Below are positions 24,150-37,909 of a stretch of DNA of 41,959 bases, piece by piece. The DNA comes from Paraglomus brasilianum. Its lineage: Eukaryota. The DNA is taken from assembly GCA_910592345.1 (NCBI GenBank), contig CAJVPI010000216.1, positions 1 through 41,959 of the forward strand, given 5' to 3'. The first letter of the stretch is position 1, and every line of letters starts with the position of its first letter. The notes under the pieces were generated by a model, which saw only the letters and a list, made by a program, of their open reading frames with translations, made no database searches and was not told where the DNA came from. The position numbers and the translations under genes are program-made.

Positions 24150-24776
24150 CCGTATTTCTCGGACTAAAGTACCAGTGGTATTTTACAAAACCTCGTTGTC
24201 CCATGGGGTACTATACACGGGGTGGTACTTTGATCGGATAGTGGTATTATACTAGGGGGTATTATGATAGGAGTATGTAAATCGCTATTTTATTGGCTGT
24301 AACGTACTTAAAAATTTTGCATCTACGAACACGAATAAAACTTGCAACATATTGCTTGCTTTAATATGACAATTCGAAAGGCACGTCTTACATGTAAACA
24401 GCGTCGTTCGTGGTGTTGTAGAGAGAAATCGATGGTGAACTTATTAGAGGCGCATTCAAATGTTGTGGTATTTCTGTTAAGGAGGATGGAACGGAGGATG
24501 AGTTGATATTTGATAGTGAGAGATTGGATGACATTAGCGTTGATCAAACCGACAAGGAGAATGATATTTTCGTAGATATTGAAGGTGATAATTATGAAGA
24601 AACGGATGGTTTTAGGAATATATGGTAATATAATAATAAAAAACGCTGTACCATGGTACTTTACAAGTATTTTGTGTAACAAACCGATCATAGTACCATG
24701 GTCTTTTACATTCCATGAGCTTCAAAATGGTGGGGTGGTACTATGCAAGGGGGGTACTTTAGTCCGAGAAATACGG
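24150..24776 (+). mobile_element. Non-autonomous internal-deletion derivative of a second pogo-like transposon (627 bp)
   Basis: Perfect 24-bp TIRs CCGTATTTCTCGGACTAAAGTACC / GGTACTTTAGTCCGAGAAATACGG, flanked by TA and CA. Inside, an N-terminal stub MTIRKARLTCKQRRSWCCREK abuts a pogo-type C-terminus IDGELIRGAFKCCGISVKEDGTEDELIFD. Confidence 0.88.
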
Positions 24777-27700
24777 CACTCCTTGAACTCGTCATGACAT
24801 GCTTTCAAAGAGTTTTTTAAATTTATCTTAAAGAATTAATTTTTTGCTAGTTGTTAAAGCTCAGTAAGAAAACTGCAGAATGACTACATCCCCCGGTTTT
24901 AGCAATTTGTCTGAGGACTGTCCAATTTTGTGACCATAAAGAATTCTGTTTTGTCGGAAGTTAGTACTTCGATACTATGCACTATATGCAATATCCAGCC
25001 GTCTTCTTCTCTCTGACTCTATTATGTAGTATTAAGTAGTTCCGAATGTCTCACAGATTCATTATACAATAATGTTATAATCGTTCGCTCGGTTTATTAA
25101 TCACTGGCGTGTGAGAACAAGTTACATGTAGTGTACTCGCTAAAAGTGTCTGGGATGCTGTTATGAATTGGTGCGGTGTATATGATTTGGGTTGTAAAAC
25201 ACATATCCAATGTCTAATTTTGGTATAACAAAAAGTTTTAATGAAAACACAACAGGCCATGTTCTGCTCAGATAACCTGATAATGTTTAATTAATGATAC
25301 ACAACATGCGCCATTGTTATAGATCGGATGTCGCCATAATAAATAATAATAAACTCAATTGACTTCTTAAAAGAGTAAGATGTGTGAAAATAGGTCAAAG
25401 ACGAGCTGATTAAATAGAATTGATATTTTTATTATTTACTATTTAAATAAGTGTACAACAATATCTAATAATAATAAGAAACGTTATGCATACTGTGAAT
25501 ACGTATGTCATTGACATTAGCAAATTAACTTTGCGCATATAGTTAAAAATTTTGCAATTAATAATTAGTGAGTATGCGAGTCTATCCCTTATACAGCATT
25601 AACTTATTATTTATTATAATCAACGTTATTATAAAGAACATTGTGAAAGATTATTATTGCGCATCTGCCAGCTTTTGAGTTATGAAACAAATAAGTTTAG
25701 TTAATGTCAGTAATTATGCATGAAGTAATTTATTATCACTATAACAGGGTTTCAAGAGATACTATGCAAATGTGGTTAAGATTAATTTGTTTTTGGTTTT
25801 CTCAGTGTTATTATACTGGAATGGTTCGAACGGACGTGCGCTTATTAGAAAAGCAGACTATTAAATGGTACCGTTTATCATTGTTAATGTACAATGGTCT
25901 AGATGGATAAGCAGGTACTGTATATTGTATCTTGCTGAAGATAGAATAGGAGAGGATGTGGGGTGGGGGATAGTTTAACTAAATCGAAGGTCCAAAATAC
26001 AGTAGTTGCAAAAAAGAAGTACCGTTTAAGCCGACCAGGACTACGAATTTAGGCATAATGCATATAGGTTTGCAAGGCAAAATAAACCGCTCTTGCGTTG
26101 GTGACCTTAATTTCTGCGTCTTCACGAATATGTTTCATACTTGATGTTAGTTCGATGCGATGTAAACGTTTTCAGAAATATTCTGGATCTGTATAATATT
26201 TAGTATAAATATAATTGTACTTTTTATTATACGGAAAATGAAGTCTTTGGTTTGGTCGAGCTTTACATTCCAGTGTAAGCATGATAATGACAAGTAACTA
26301 GATTTAAAGAAATGTGCAACTTCAATTTCCATTTTCTAGTTCGCTCGACAGCTTTAATGGCTAGTTTGATAACTATTTTTCTAATTAGCCGTGCAAAGTG
26401 TATTAAACTCACAGTATGTAATGGAATCGTTTAGGCTAGACCTTGCATCATATAATAGGATGATTCATCAGCGGAATAACAATATGCTGGGCTGCAAACT
26501 TATGTTGTTATCATTCATTATGTCTCAATTTGAGTTCTTTGAGCATACAAAGAGTTCGCTGGAACAGTTTCGGTAATATCATTCTTTTTATCACTTACTG
26601 TCAGGATACGCTTTTAATTTCTCATCAAGTGGGATTCCAGGCTCTTTGACATTATCACATTTCGAATAAAATTTTTTTAAATTAACATCATTTTTGCGCA
26701 CCATTTTCGATAGATTCTTCCTGAGCAGAATAAGGCTCTGGATTTCTTGTCGAAAATACAACTAGGCATCTGAGCTTTTGATCATTTATTCACCTTAGCT
26801 TTGGATGAATTGGCTGGATCCATTATAAAGGAATTACCTGAAGAATTAGTGACACGAGTAGGTGTGGCTAGATACTTCTTACCTCAGAAGATTCAGTCAT
26901 GTGTGCGTTATAATTTGACCCTAATTACTAAAAAAAAAAAAACACTTATCACTAGTTTCGGATCACTCCTCTCTAATGATTAATTTTAGCTTAACATTAA
27001 TCGCGTCTGAATTTCTTTTAAAAGAAACCGACTCTTAGTAATAGCCCTGCCGCCTGTAACAATTAGGTTAGGTAATAAAAATTGTCAGCATCAGCCGCGA
27101 CAATTAATAAGGACGATATTACTTCGATTCGATAATTACCGCTCTTTGAATGCATATAATTTAATTTATGAGTAGAATAAAATTTCATTAACGATCGTAG
27201 TCTTTATTTAATGAGTAATCATGAGCTATCAAGCGTATTATTGACACCTGAATGGCACACCTCAACACCTTAACAGCACTGGAGTTTTACGCTTTTTATA
27301 TAATAACTGCGTCCATTAATTTTAGCTAAGTTCTGACTCGATTACACTGTATGCTTTGTGTCAAGATAGGCATAGATATCATAATAATAACAATAAGGAG
27401 ACCCATGCAAAGATAATAACGAGTTATTCCATTGGCCAGGAACTAACATGGAGAAAAATAACAAGCCTGCATGTCAACTTTGAAGGATCAAATAGCTTTT
27501 CTCATAGCAAAAGCGAGAATCAATAATGAGATCAGATATTATTTTCTATACCGGAAGAATAATTGCAAAGCAAACTGTATAATACAATACTCGATCATGA
27601 AGCCTAGGAAATTGATTGAGCATTCAGATTTTGATCTGTAAGTACTGCTTTATTGAGCGAGAATACTCTTTTCCGGTTAGAGCATAAATCTCATGTGATT

Positions 27701-27970
27701 CACTTAAGAAGCGTTATTATCCTGCGAATGTCCATTACCGGATTACTTCATCGAGATTATTACTTCACATCTTGCCGTCACTAATTGTACCAGTAATAGT
27801 TGTTGTATTAATCAGTGGAGGTCATTTGTCTTTTCACCGCTCCTTTTTGCCTTACACTTGCAAAAATTATATAAACCGATTTAATGTATAGGGTCGAAAT
27901 ATCATTTGTCTACGCAGAACGTTGCTGTACATGCATAGTATACCTTTGAACAATGAAGAGGAGATGACAC

Positions 27971-28774
27971 TTAGGTCTTCACGTCCGTCTCCTTTTCCTC
28001 GATGGCCTTTACCTCCTGCGTCACTCGTCTTTGTTTACCACCAAGGCTGAAAAATCACAGATTAGAATTAGCATCTCTATGATATTAATTGGAAGAAGTG
28101 AAGTGCCCAAACGAATACTTACTGAAAATGTTCGATGTACCTGCCCATTTGAATGAGTTGTGCTGTTTCATTCGTTATATGACAAGCGAATAAAAGTAGA
28201 TTCCGTGGTTTTACTACCCATGCAAATCGCATAAACGTTGCTGAGTAGATCAGCATTGCTTTAACGAGGGAATGAAGGAAAAAAAGATTATGAGATATGG
28301 GACCCTGAACCAAATAAATTATCACTAACGCTAACCAATCAACCTAAATACCTGTTGTCATTCTCGGTGATATGTATTCCGGATCTTTCTTGAAATCTGC
28401 TATTGCTGCTAATGGCAAGCCCCAATTGGCGACTGTCCCGATACGGTTTTATTTGTTATGTCAGTGATGATGATTCCCTGAGAACCTTCGTTGGCAAAAT
28501 CGATGAAGAACTAACTCTTGGTACCTGGTCCCCAAAAGTGCTATCCGTCGGGAAGGAATACGGAACAACACGCATTATTTCATATACGTGAGAAAATAAA
28601 GACCAATCCTGGTATTGAAAAACGTACCGTGCTATATATCATAACAACGAAAAGTTATTGTCAACCACACGATATCGTTAAGCAGCATTTAACATTAGAA
28701 TACCTCATTAGATAATTACGAAAGTCCGCGCTCCCTAGTTGTTGAAACAGTCTGGATGTCCATGCGGATGCCAT
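27971..28774 (-). CDS. MPC1: Mitochondrial pyruvate carrier subunit 1; exons 28704-28774, 28628-28631, 28525-28540, 28352-28432, 28123-28258, 27971-28046
   Basis: Spliced product [127 protein letters not shown]. Contains the MPC1 hallmark STHFWGPVANWG. Confidence 0.93.
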
Positions 28775-30434
28775 ACCGAAGTGAAAGTGGAATTAAGTAT
28801 GCAAGAAAGATTGTAAAAAAAGCGAAACTGTACAGTACTAAACTCAGTTACATGCATTGCATGTGATGTCATGAGATTCAGATCGTCGATCATTTTATTT
28901 CAGGGGTTCAACTTGGTGGACACCCCTATTTATTTTCAGCAATCACCGAGGATTACATGGTGTTTTTGACTAATCAATTCTTCCGATCGTTTATTTTGAT
29001 AATGAAAAAGTTTGTTTAGAAGGGTATGGGTCGATATTAACAATCAATTAACAACTTTGATTACTGCTAAAGAATAATCGTTGCACGCGGACGATACTTG
29101 TTCGTTTATTTATAACGTAGAACAATCTGAATGATGTGAACTGAGGAATTCAGCCCGTGGTTATAGTTCAGCTTTACGCGAATTAGTATAAAAGTTGTTA
29201 CCAGACTAGTTAGATTAAAATTGCTTTCCGTTTAATCGTATTCTATATATCCTTTTAGGATAGGTATAGCACGTCTTTTCTTTAATTTTTTTTCTTTATC
29301 TCCTCGATATAGCTAAAAAAGATTTTAGAAATGTGGGTTATATCATGAACCAGGAAGACTCGCAAAGTTTGAAGAGTTGATCACTTCAAGTCTTTCTTGT
29401 CTTGAACGAATATAGTTTCAACATTCCGACGAATGTACTAATCGATGAAATAGTGCAAAACAGTGCCTTCTTAATTGTGTTTATGTCTAAGTAGTGACTA
29501 TTAACTAATCTTTTGCGTAAGGGGTGTTCTTCCAACCGGGGGTTATTACCAGATTAGCTTTGTGCTATCACCCTTATTTTACGGTAGTTGTTCAATTAAG
29601 ACTGAATTCTATCTACAAGTGATCTATTTACAGTATATAATTAAATTAAATACTCAACTCCCTATCCGAGCTTCAAATCCAAATAAGAATACCCACAATA
29701 AAATAAAAACAACAATTATTCTACTGCGAAATCAAAGGGGAATAAATTCTATTTAATATCTTCGATTTGGTATTTTGACTAGTCAAATTCTGTCACTTGT
29801 CTCAAACTAATTAAACAATATTTGTTTAATAACTCTCGTTCCTCAATTAAAAGTACTAGATCGACGGATAATTTATACAGCTTGAGTAAATCGTTTTTAC
29901 AGCTTGAGTGAGCCATTTATTAATATCTGGTTAAATAATTGTGGGTGCTGATGCTGAAATCTGGCCGAAGCTGAAACCATGATCTTTCATTGGTTGATCA
30001 GATTCTATCCATTTTATGGCCTCAGCGACAATAATAATAATTAATAAAATTGATTGTTGATCATGGGATCTGCATGACTGCGGAGGAAGATTTTACCATG
30101 TGACTTACTCATCGCTGTAAACTTCATGATTCTCCCAAGTAATATACAGTATTAGTATGTAACAATTATTGAGCATACTTATGTTAATGGTGCTGTGTCA
30201 ATAACTAGTTATAATAATCTGCTTACCCAGAAATAATATTTAGATACTTGTAATTAGTACAACTCAAAATCCATTTACATATTACAGAAGATTGTTATTT
30301 AGTGTTCTACTATGATGTATGGGCAAAATTAAGGAACAGTCTATATAAAGGTAAACCAGAAAGCATATACAGTATTAGTATGCCAGAATATAAAGTTGTA
30401 CTCAAATGTTTTAATAATTTAATCAAACACAAAT

Positions 30435-32102
30435 TTATTTATTTCTAAGTAAGTTAAGGTTACTCTGTGCCCCAGAATTTCCTTGTTCAGCTGCTTTCTG
30501 ATACAGCTCAACTGCTTTTTGAATATTCTTTTCCACTCCTGTCCCATTATGGTAGCAAACGCCAAGATTATTCTGTGCCCCAGCATTTCCTTGTTCAGCT
30601 GCTTTCTGATACAGCTCAACTGCTTTTTGAATATTCTTTTCCACTCCTGTCCCATTATGGTAGCAAATGCCAAGATGACATTGTGCTGTAGCATTGCCTG
30701 TCTTTGCTGATTGTTGATACCATTGAATGGCTTGTCCAAGATCTGTTTCTGTTTCTATTCCATGTGCATAAAAAATTCCAATCAGCCAAAAGCATTGTCC
30801 ACAATTAGTATGAGCCTTTAATGTAGCCAATGAACTGTCTTGGTTATTATTATTTTGCATCAGCCAATTTTTCATAAGATCAGCTATTAGTTTTATAGTT
30901 TTCCCCTTATGTTGTAACTTGTTGTATAATTCTGACAACTCATTAGAAAGAGAGTGATCTTTAATTTTCTCTTCATATTGGTTAGTATCACCTTTTGGTA
31001 ATTGGTTCAGGTTTCCCATTATATTTTTTAACCTATGATAACATTGTTCACCAGTTGGTCGTTTTTCTGAATTGTTGTCCCAACATTCCATGTACAAGTT
31101 TTTATACTCCTCTGGTGTGCCTGGAACTACATCATGACGACCACCCCTCAGCCTATAAATCTGAATGTCAAATATGTCTTTGAATTCCCCACATGGATAT
31201 TCTCTGCTGGATATTTCCCATAGCACAATCCCAAGACTAAAAATATCAGATTTCTCATCTCGTTTACTATCATTGTCATTAAAGCATTTAGGGTCAAGGT
31301 ATGCACAAGTTCCTCGGTGATCTGAGCAAGTCTTTCGTAGTAATAATTTTTCAGATGTCCCAAAATCCGTGATCTTAGCTGTTTTCCCATGAATTAATAC
31401 ATTGTTCGAAGACTTGTGATAACATAGGAAAGCGATATGTCAATATGAAATCTATGTTAAATAAAGATCGTATAATGGCTAATACACTTACTAAATCTTT
31501 ATGCAAGATTCCCATTCTATGAATATATCTCAATCCGTTAACGATATCCAAACCCAGTTGACAGTTGTCAGACCAATCTAGTTTGATAGCTGGCGTCGAT
31601 AAGTATTTCCGTAATGAACCATTGTCGGCATAATCGAAGACCATCAGGTATCTTCCATCGATATCTTGAAAGGTCGAAAAAGCGTTATATTCATGCATAT
31701 TTCTAACGCACTGAATCTTTTCACCATTACCTTTGCTAACACCAAGGAATCGAATTATATTGGGATGGTCATCCACACTACGATGGATCTTGAGCTATAA
31801 AATGGGTCGCGAAACAAACAACATGTAAGAACTACAGTTTCATAGATCTATCGGCAGTTCCGTCATGCATGATTACAAACCTCGTTTACAAAGCTTTTGA
31901 AGAACTCGTCTTCGTCCGAATACATGATCAACTTGTAAGCAACAGTGATCTCCGATGTTGCTACTGTTGCTTTGAAAACTACGCCAAATGCACCATGGCC
32001 TATGCAGCGGCTATCGATTAAACCATCATAAGGATAGAATCGAATGTTTTCACTTTCAAGATTCTTTTCTAACCATTTTTTGTCAGCGGCAATTGATGTC
32101 AT
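30435..32102 (-). CDS. Tyrosine-kinase-like protein kinase with C-terminal Sel1-like repeats; exons 31881-32102, 31731-31794, 31492-31664, 30435-31412
   Basis: Kinase motifs GHGAFG, VAYK, HPNIIRFLG, ILHKDL|SSNNVLI, KITDFG, AYLDP and KSDIFSLGIVLWEI. Sel1 repeats AQNNLGVCYHNGTGVEKNIQKAVELYQKAAEQG. All introns GT-AG. Confidence 0.9.
30464..30677 (-). repeat. Near-identical 108-bp tandem duplication encoding two Sel1 repeats
   Basis: Units start at 30464 and 30572 and differ at only a few positions. Confidence 0.92.
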
Positions 32103-32329
32103 CGTTGTTATTACTGTTGACTTGACTTGGAAGTTCTGCGCATTTTGTGATATTGACTGTGTCACATACATTAGTAACACACGCACAGCCCAGGGCTGTA
32201 GTTAACACAGTTTCCCCAATCGAAACAATTTAGAAACATCAAAATGTTCGGTATTGTTTATATGAGCTTTCGAAATAGTTTCATTTTCATTTTGGTGACT
32301 TGCACACAAGTCGAAGGAGCGAGGTCAAA

Positions 32330-33195
32330 TGTGATGGAGATTGGTTCACTTGCAAATATTTTATTAGCATTTACGTATTCGGTGTTGGGACGATTTATCC
32401 GCTTCGAATCGAAACTCAAATGGTGACGTATTCCTCCGTGATTTCCGCAAACATCTCCCTGGTCTGCGGCACATCGGAATTGGATAAGCCCCAATATTAA
32501 TATGGTACCAGTTTAACCGTTCTCCCCATATCGACATCTAGTATCAGTTTTAGTGGAATGTAGAAGGTATATAGTTTTCCCCCTCGAACATCATCTTCAG
32601 ATTTTAAGATTCATCCTTATAAATTGTCCTTTTAGAATAGTTCTTTATATTCTAATAACAAGTGTTACAAATATCAATTTATTCGTTATTTCCCTGGTTT
32701 GTTCTATTCGATCGCTGGTTAGTGTAAAAAGGCTTTCTCGATATCAGCGGTTAACAAATTTGTCCAGACTCTCCGCCCGCCTCAAGTCTGCACGCTTTCG
32801 CGTTGAGGTACGGTGGGACCTTCCCTATTGACCCAATTGCGGTGCTTTTTCCAAAGCCCCTGTTACTTCCAAATTAAACGCGGAACCGGGGGGTGCCCAT
32901 TGATCTTGCCATTGAATTAGTCGGAACTTAAGCATCAGGGTAATTATTCAATTGTTTATAAACGCGGTTTACTATTGAAAACTTTCCCAACCGATAGACT
33001 AATCCATCGGAAGATAACCAACAAGAACTCAGAGGTTGTATACAAAATCGAATCTTGGAATTCGTGAGTATTGTAAAGCCAATAAATGTCACTAATTGTC
33101 GTTTAAAGGTTTAGTGCTAGTGGAATAGCTTAAGATTTCGCCGGAAATTTCAAGGTCGTTTACACGAACGCTCTCCCATATGTGGCGATCCGAAA
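32330..33195 (+). repeat. Possible diverged relative of the solo LTR at 20271-21020; boundaries approximate
   Basis: Collinear shared motifs TCATCTTCAG, TTCCCTG, TCGYTGGT..GTGT, CCGATAGACT, TCGTGAGTATT and GTCACYAATTGT. No clean TG-CA ends or TSD found. Confidence 0.4.
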
Positions 33196-34608
33196 GCAAA
33201 ACAGAAAGCCATTTAATTATAGTTACTTTAGGAATGTACGTGGACGTGCTGAAAAGGTTGCTTGTGAACTTTTATTTCTAAAGTTCTAGTATAACTATCA
33301 AATTAACTATTTTATTCCTTCAAATTACTCTCATTCTGCCAGCTCTGGAAGAGTTTCCATATTTCTCTTATAGTGATGCTATCAATTGCCTGAAATGCTC
33401 CTGCTAAGTTTTCAACATTATTAATGCCTTGCTTTATAATCCATCTTTGAATGCAGCAATCTACGTCCAGTAGTGCTTACAGTTGATGTTCTTATGCATC
33501 TAGATGTGTTCTTGCAAACAAAAAAAAATTAGTATTATTGGTTTTCGCGGCTCATTTTGTCCACCGTTTTAGTTGGTGTTAGAAGTATGTGCATATCATT
33601 TCGCTCGGTTGATAGTCGGAAATTTGGTAATCGCCATTAATTGTGCTCATTGTAATACACGTACAAGATCACACGCAAATCTTAATTCATATTCAATTTT
33701 GTAGGCTTATCGAAATGTGTATGGCAATCATTAGTTATGTAAATGCGAAACGATTTTGTAGGAAAATTGTCTGCGAAATGTTCGTGCCATTTAACGAAAA
33801 ATTAATCTATTTGCTGAATGGCTTTTGCAACAATGCCTAATGCTACCATTGAGATATGCGAGATACACCAGATGGAATAGCGTGAGCGAGAGCGTAGCAT
33901 AGTTTTTTTTTTCATAAAGTAAACTCTGTATTAGCTGTTGGTAGAAAAGGCTTCTTTACCATGAATGGTTAGGTAGCGAAATCTTACGACGGACAGGACG
34001 GTGATAATTTTTGTAACAAGGTTATTCAGTAAACTTTCAAATTAGCGGTTGTACGTTTTGGGTGAATATAGTATTAGTATAGTTTATAAAGTAGTTATCA
34101 CCATCTAATATTATTTATTCATAAACAGTTGTGTCGCAAAAGTAAAATCAGCTTGGTTTGTCTTACATCGGTTGCGTCGCGGTTCTATGTCTTATTTTTA
34201 AAACTATGGACAAGTGGCGTTGATGACCCTCAACTCATAAAATAGTGCTTATTAATATTTTTAAGTATATAACAAAGGATTGCAAGGAGCGGCTACTATG
34301 ATTCAAATGCTATTCACTGTACTCTTCAACATTTTCTGTAGCTTTTATTCCTTGACTATCAACGCAGTCTTACCAAGGTAAACTCAATTATTCAAGAGAC
34401 AGCAAAAGACAAAACTTGCGATGAGGTGGAAACTATCCTGAAGGGCAGCCATTTCAACCCAAGCTTTTTCAATAAACGTTGTCAACTGATTAAGCATGTT
34501 GAGAAACCGTTTTCATCATTTCAAAGAGCATGATATTGATTAATTTATTTACACATTTATTGCCTTCGATCTCTTAGATGCGAACGCAATTATTCTATAA
34601 TAATACAT

Positions 34609-37600
34609 CTATCTCATTCTACGGTAATTGGTTTCATTTTTCACTATTCTAAAGATACTAGGCGCGTCCTTTGCCGCAGTTGTTTCAGAAACAGATCCAT
34701 CCGAAAGCCTAACGTCATCCTTGCGAGTACGTATCAGAGTGATTCCGTAGTACATCCGAGTAATGAAATTAATTGTGAGCATAAGCGACGCAGAGATAAG
34801 TGTTAAGAGTGGGACAATATCGTTGTATGTGATGCTTTTGTTTTGGTAAACAACCTGTTACATTATTTAGATAGACACGTTACTTATGAGTCAAATGTGA
34901 CATTAAATTCTCATTTGCGCAAGCTACTATTAATAATTCTATTCACCTGAATAATAAACTGCAACACATCTTCCATGAAAAAGCTTCCAGTGCTCGCCCA
35001 GAAGATTATCTTCAAGCTTCGCTCACTGAAGGGCGCAGAAAAAAGTTCCGATTTACATAATCTACTGTTTGTCACGGTCAAAACCTCAATATTTGACGCT
35101 GCTAAAACAGTAAAGACGGCAGCACTCTTTGCGCACGATTGGGTCCAGAGGTGAAATTTATATGAGCGCATATTTTCAGAGATCATTATATAGAGTGCAG
35201 TTGTTGTGTTAAAAATAATTGAAAACACGAGAATAAGAATACTAGAAAATATAAGAGATGTTAGAACTTTGAGCAAGCGAGGCGACATTAGAGAAACGAC
35301 TTTGAATATTTCATACCTTGGGAGGTATAGTGATCGCACATCTTGGCCATTTCGTACAACGAATGCAAAGTCAAGAGCAAAATCAAACAGTGCCAATACA
35401 AGAGTGAAAATAGCTGCATTATTGGCCTAAATGAATTAACAAGAATTAGCAAAAGACATGATATAATACTGCTCTGTAATATTTGTGGATGTACTCACCT
35501 CTGGGTTAAGACGTCGCGCCAAAAGATAAAGTAATCCAGTCAGTAACGTTGCGGCTGCCGCAATTAATACATGTCGTTTATATTTGTTCCAAAAGTTAGC
35601 TGCAGACGAAATGTATCAAAATCAATATGTAACGTGCGACAGATACTACATCACTCTAATTAAAACACTCACGTTCAATGCGGACACCAAAATTTTCGTC
35701 TAAAAACATGGTTTCCGGGGATCGAGAAACCGCTGTAATGCCCTTATTCTTAATCAAAACGTTCAAGTCATCAATCACTGAATTCACCCCCATTTCCATA
35801 TCACTCGTGGCAGCACGAACTTGAATCAACAGCAACACTCGTTTCTGGTCGTTATCGGATTCCACCCGGAATTTCTCGAGGATCGATAACCGTGATGGAG
35901 ATGTTGGAATAATAGATGCAAGGGAGATGCCGAGTGAAGAAAGAAATGCTGAACGTTCGGATTTGGAAAGCTGCAGAAAGCGAGAAGTACCCACAGAATT
36001 TAGGCAGACAGTTGCTGTTTCAGAGGGTGCGTATACATTGTTGTGCGGTATTGAAGCTACAAGAAGTGAAAGATTAAGATTAATTTTCTGGTAAAAGAAG
36101 ATCCAGAAGCTGATATCAGATGTTCATGTTTACCTGTCCGAAATTTCCATTTCCCGTCAGAAATCCCCAGAATCGGCTCGCCATCTTCCATGGATTCTAC
36201 AAATCCATTATCCAAGACGACGTAATAAGTCATGTTTGGTTGATTGAAGGTGCTGGTCAATACATCCATAGTCAATGTTTGATTGTGCTTGTCCAATTGA
36301 CAGTACTGGGAAGATATGGGCGAGTATGACTGACGAAAGTATTTCTTTACACCATCAGTCGCATATATCGTAACATTTCCTGTGGCTGGTTTGACCTGTA
36401 TGTTGTAGGTAATGTCTATGGTGGGCCTGCGAGTTGCAATTTCACTGTCAATTAGAGGCGTTGTTGTTATTACGTTTGGGCTTTGGTAAGTACCACCTGA
36501 ACATGGGTGAATAATTTTAGTTGATACCAATTTTACAATTCGTTTGTTATAAAAACCATATCTAGTACGTACCGTATTTCGTATAATTGGGTAAATTATG
36601 AGACACAATGGACCAAGATGTTGAATCATTCTCCCAATACCAGATGGTATTGTTTCTTGGATAGACATTTAGCATTGGCACCGGTTTAACTAATGATATC
36701 GTTTGTATGGTTTTACCTTCTGGATCTATCATTTTTGCGCCTTTAACGAGGATTTCGCCATCTTTTGCAAAGTTATAAAGTAACAGGTATCCTCCGTTGA
36801 ACAAAGGCCTTATTTTGTCAACACCAACGATATCTTTAGAAGCAGTCTTTAGGGGGGCGTTACTAGCTCCAGGCCGAGTTGAATGAAAAATCACTTGAAG
36901 TAGTTTCTGATTCCGACCCGTCGAAACCAACAGTAGGCAAGTGTATCCGTATCCGTCATACGACAAACCACAGTCGCCAAGGGTTATTTTGTCTATACCT
37001 GGTGGGCCCGTGTATATAGTAGTTGGTTTGGTAGCTTTATTGGCGTCTGGATCGAGGAACAAGATTTCTAGTTCCAGCTGTGCCTTGTTATTAACGATTT
37101 TTGCACCATACTCATTCGGAGTCTGTGTTGCGAACACACAACTAAAGCCACCGCCAACTGTGCTGAATATTCCAAAATTTCGTATTTGGGCACCATCCTT
37201 GGGAGCAAAAGTACCATCGTCAGGGCAATCGACAACACTTCTATCTTTGGTACTACTGAATTAAGTTTAATGACGTTAATTTATGATCTACGGATTGGCA
37301 CGTTAGTGTGACATAGTAATAATTAACTTACACTGTGCATCGTTTCCAGATTACGGGACCGTTTGCACCTACTTGTTTTGCATACAGAAAACCAGCTTCA
37401 GGCACCATGCTTTTGAAAATATGACCAGGAAGTGTATCGTTAAAGTCGGCCAACAACATTGGCACACCTCGCGACCCGTTATAAGCGATGGGAAATACAT
37501 ATTGCGCGAAACGAGAGTTTCCGATGGACCTCATATAAGTCAAATATATCCATCCATTTGTCAACACGGTTGTTTCTATGTTAAAGCAATAATCGAAACT

Positions 37601-37909
37601 GTCAAGAGGAAGTTTAAAGGTTGATGCGATGACGGTGTTGTTTGGGAGGATGACCCTTAGATAAAAATTGTTCACAGAACATTGTTTATTTAAAGGTTTT
37701 TTAAGACAAACTATCGTTGTTCCATCTAAATCAGCTGTAGCATCAGCTATTGTGAGTCCTGTGGTTGGTTCATTGTGTGTAAGTTTGTAGTCATAGGACT
37801 GTGCTTCTGCAGACGGAATGATGAAAAGGGAGAGAGCGAATGTGATGAAAAGAATTGAAAAAAAGAGTGAAGGAGGACCCAGCTCCAGACGAGAGAGTCG
37901 AACGCGCAT
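34609..37909 (-). CDS. Large predicted membrane protein (signal peptide, extracellular region with SbsA/Big_5-like Ig domain, C-terminal multi-TM block); multi-exon
   Basis: Hydrophobic leader LFFSILFITFALSLFIIPSAEA. Ig-like segment IDITYNIQVKPATGNVTIY...TFNQPNMTYYVVLDNGFVES...EPILGISDGKWKFRT. Then DLNVLIKNKGIT and a TM block LFDFALDFAF...FTVLAASNIEVL...FSAPFS...EDVLQFIIQ|VVY. Stop at 34609-34611. GT-AG introns link the ORF pieces. Confidence 0.8.

Noticed and set aside
26000..26850. Coding-like composition on the minus strand
   Set aside because: Stops in all frames and no identifiable domain.
30419..30739. Alternative-frame and antisense ORFs with repeated peptides
   Set aside because: By-products of the 108-bp Sel1 tandem repeat.
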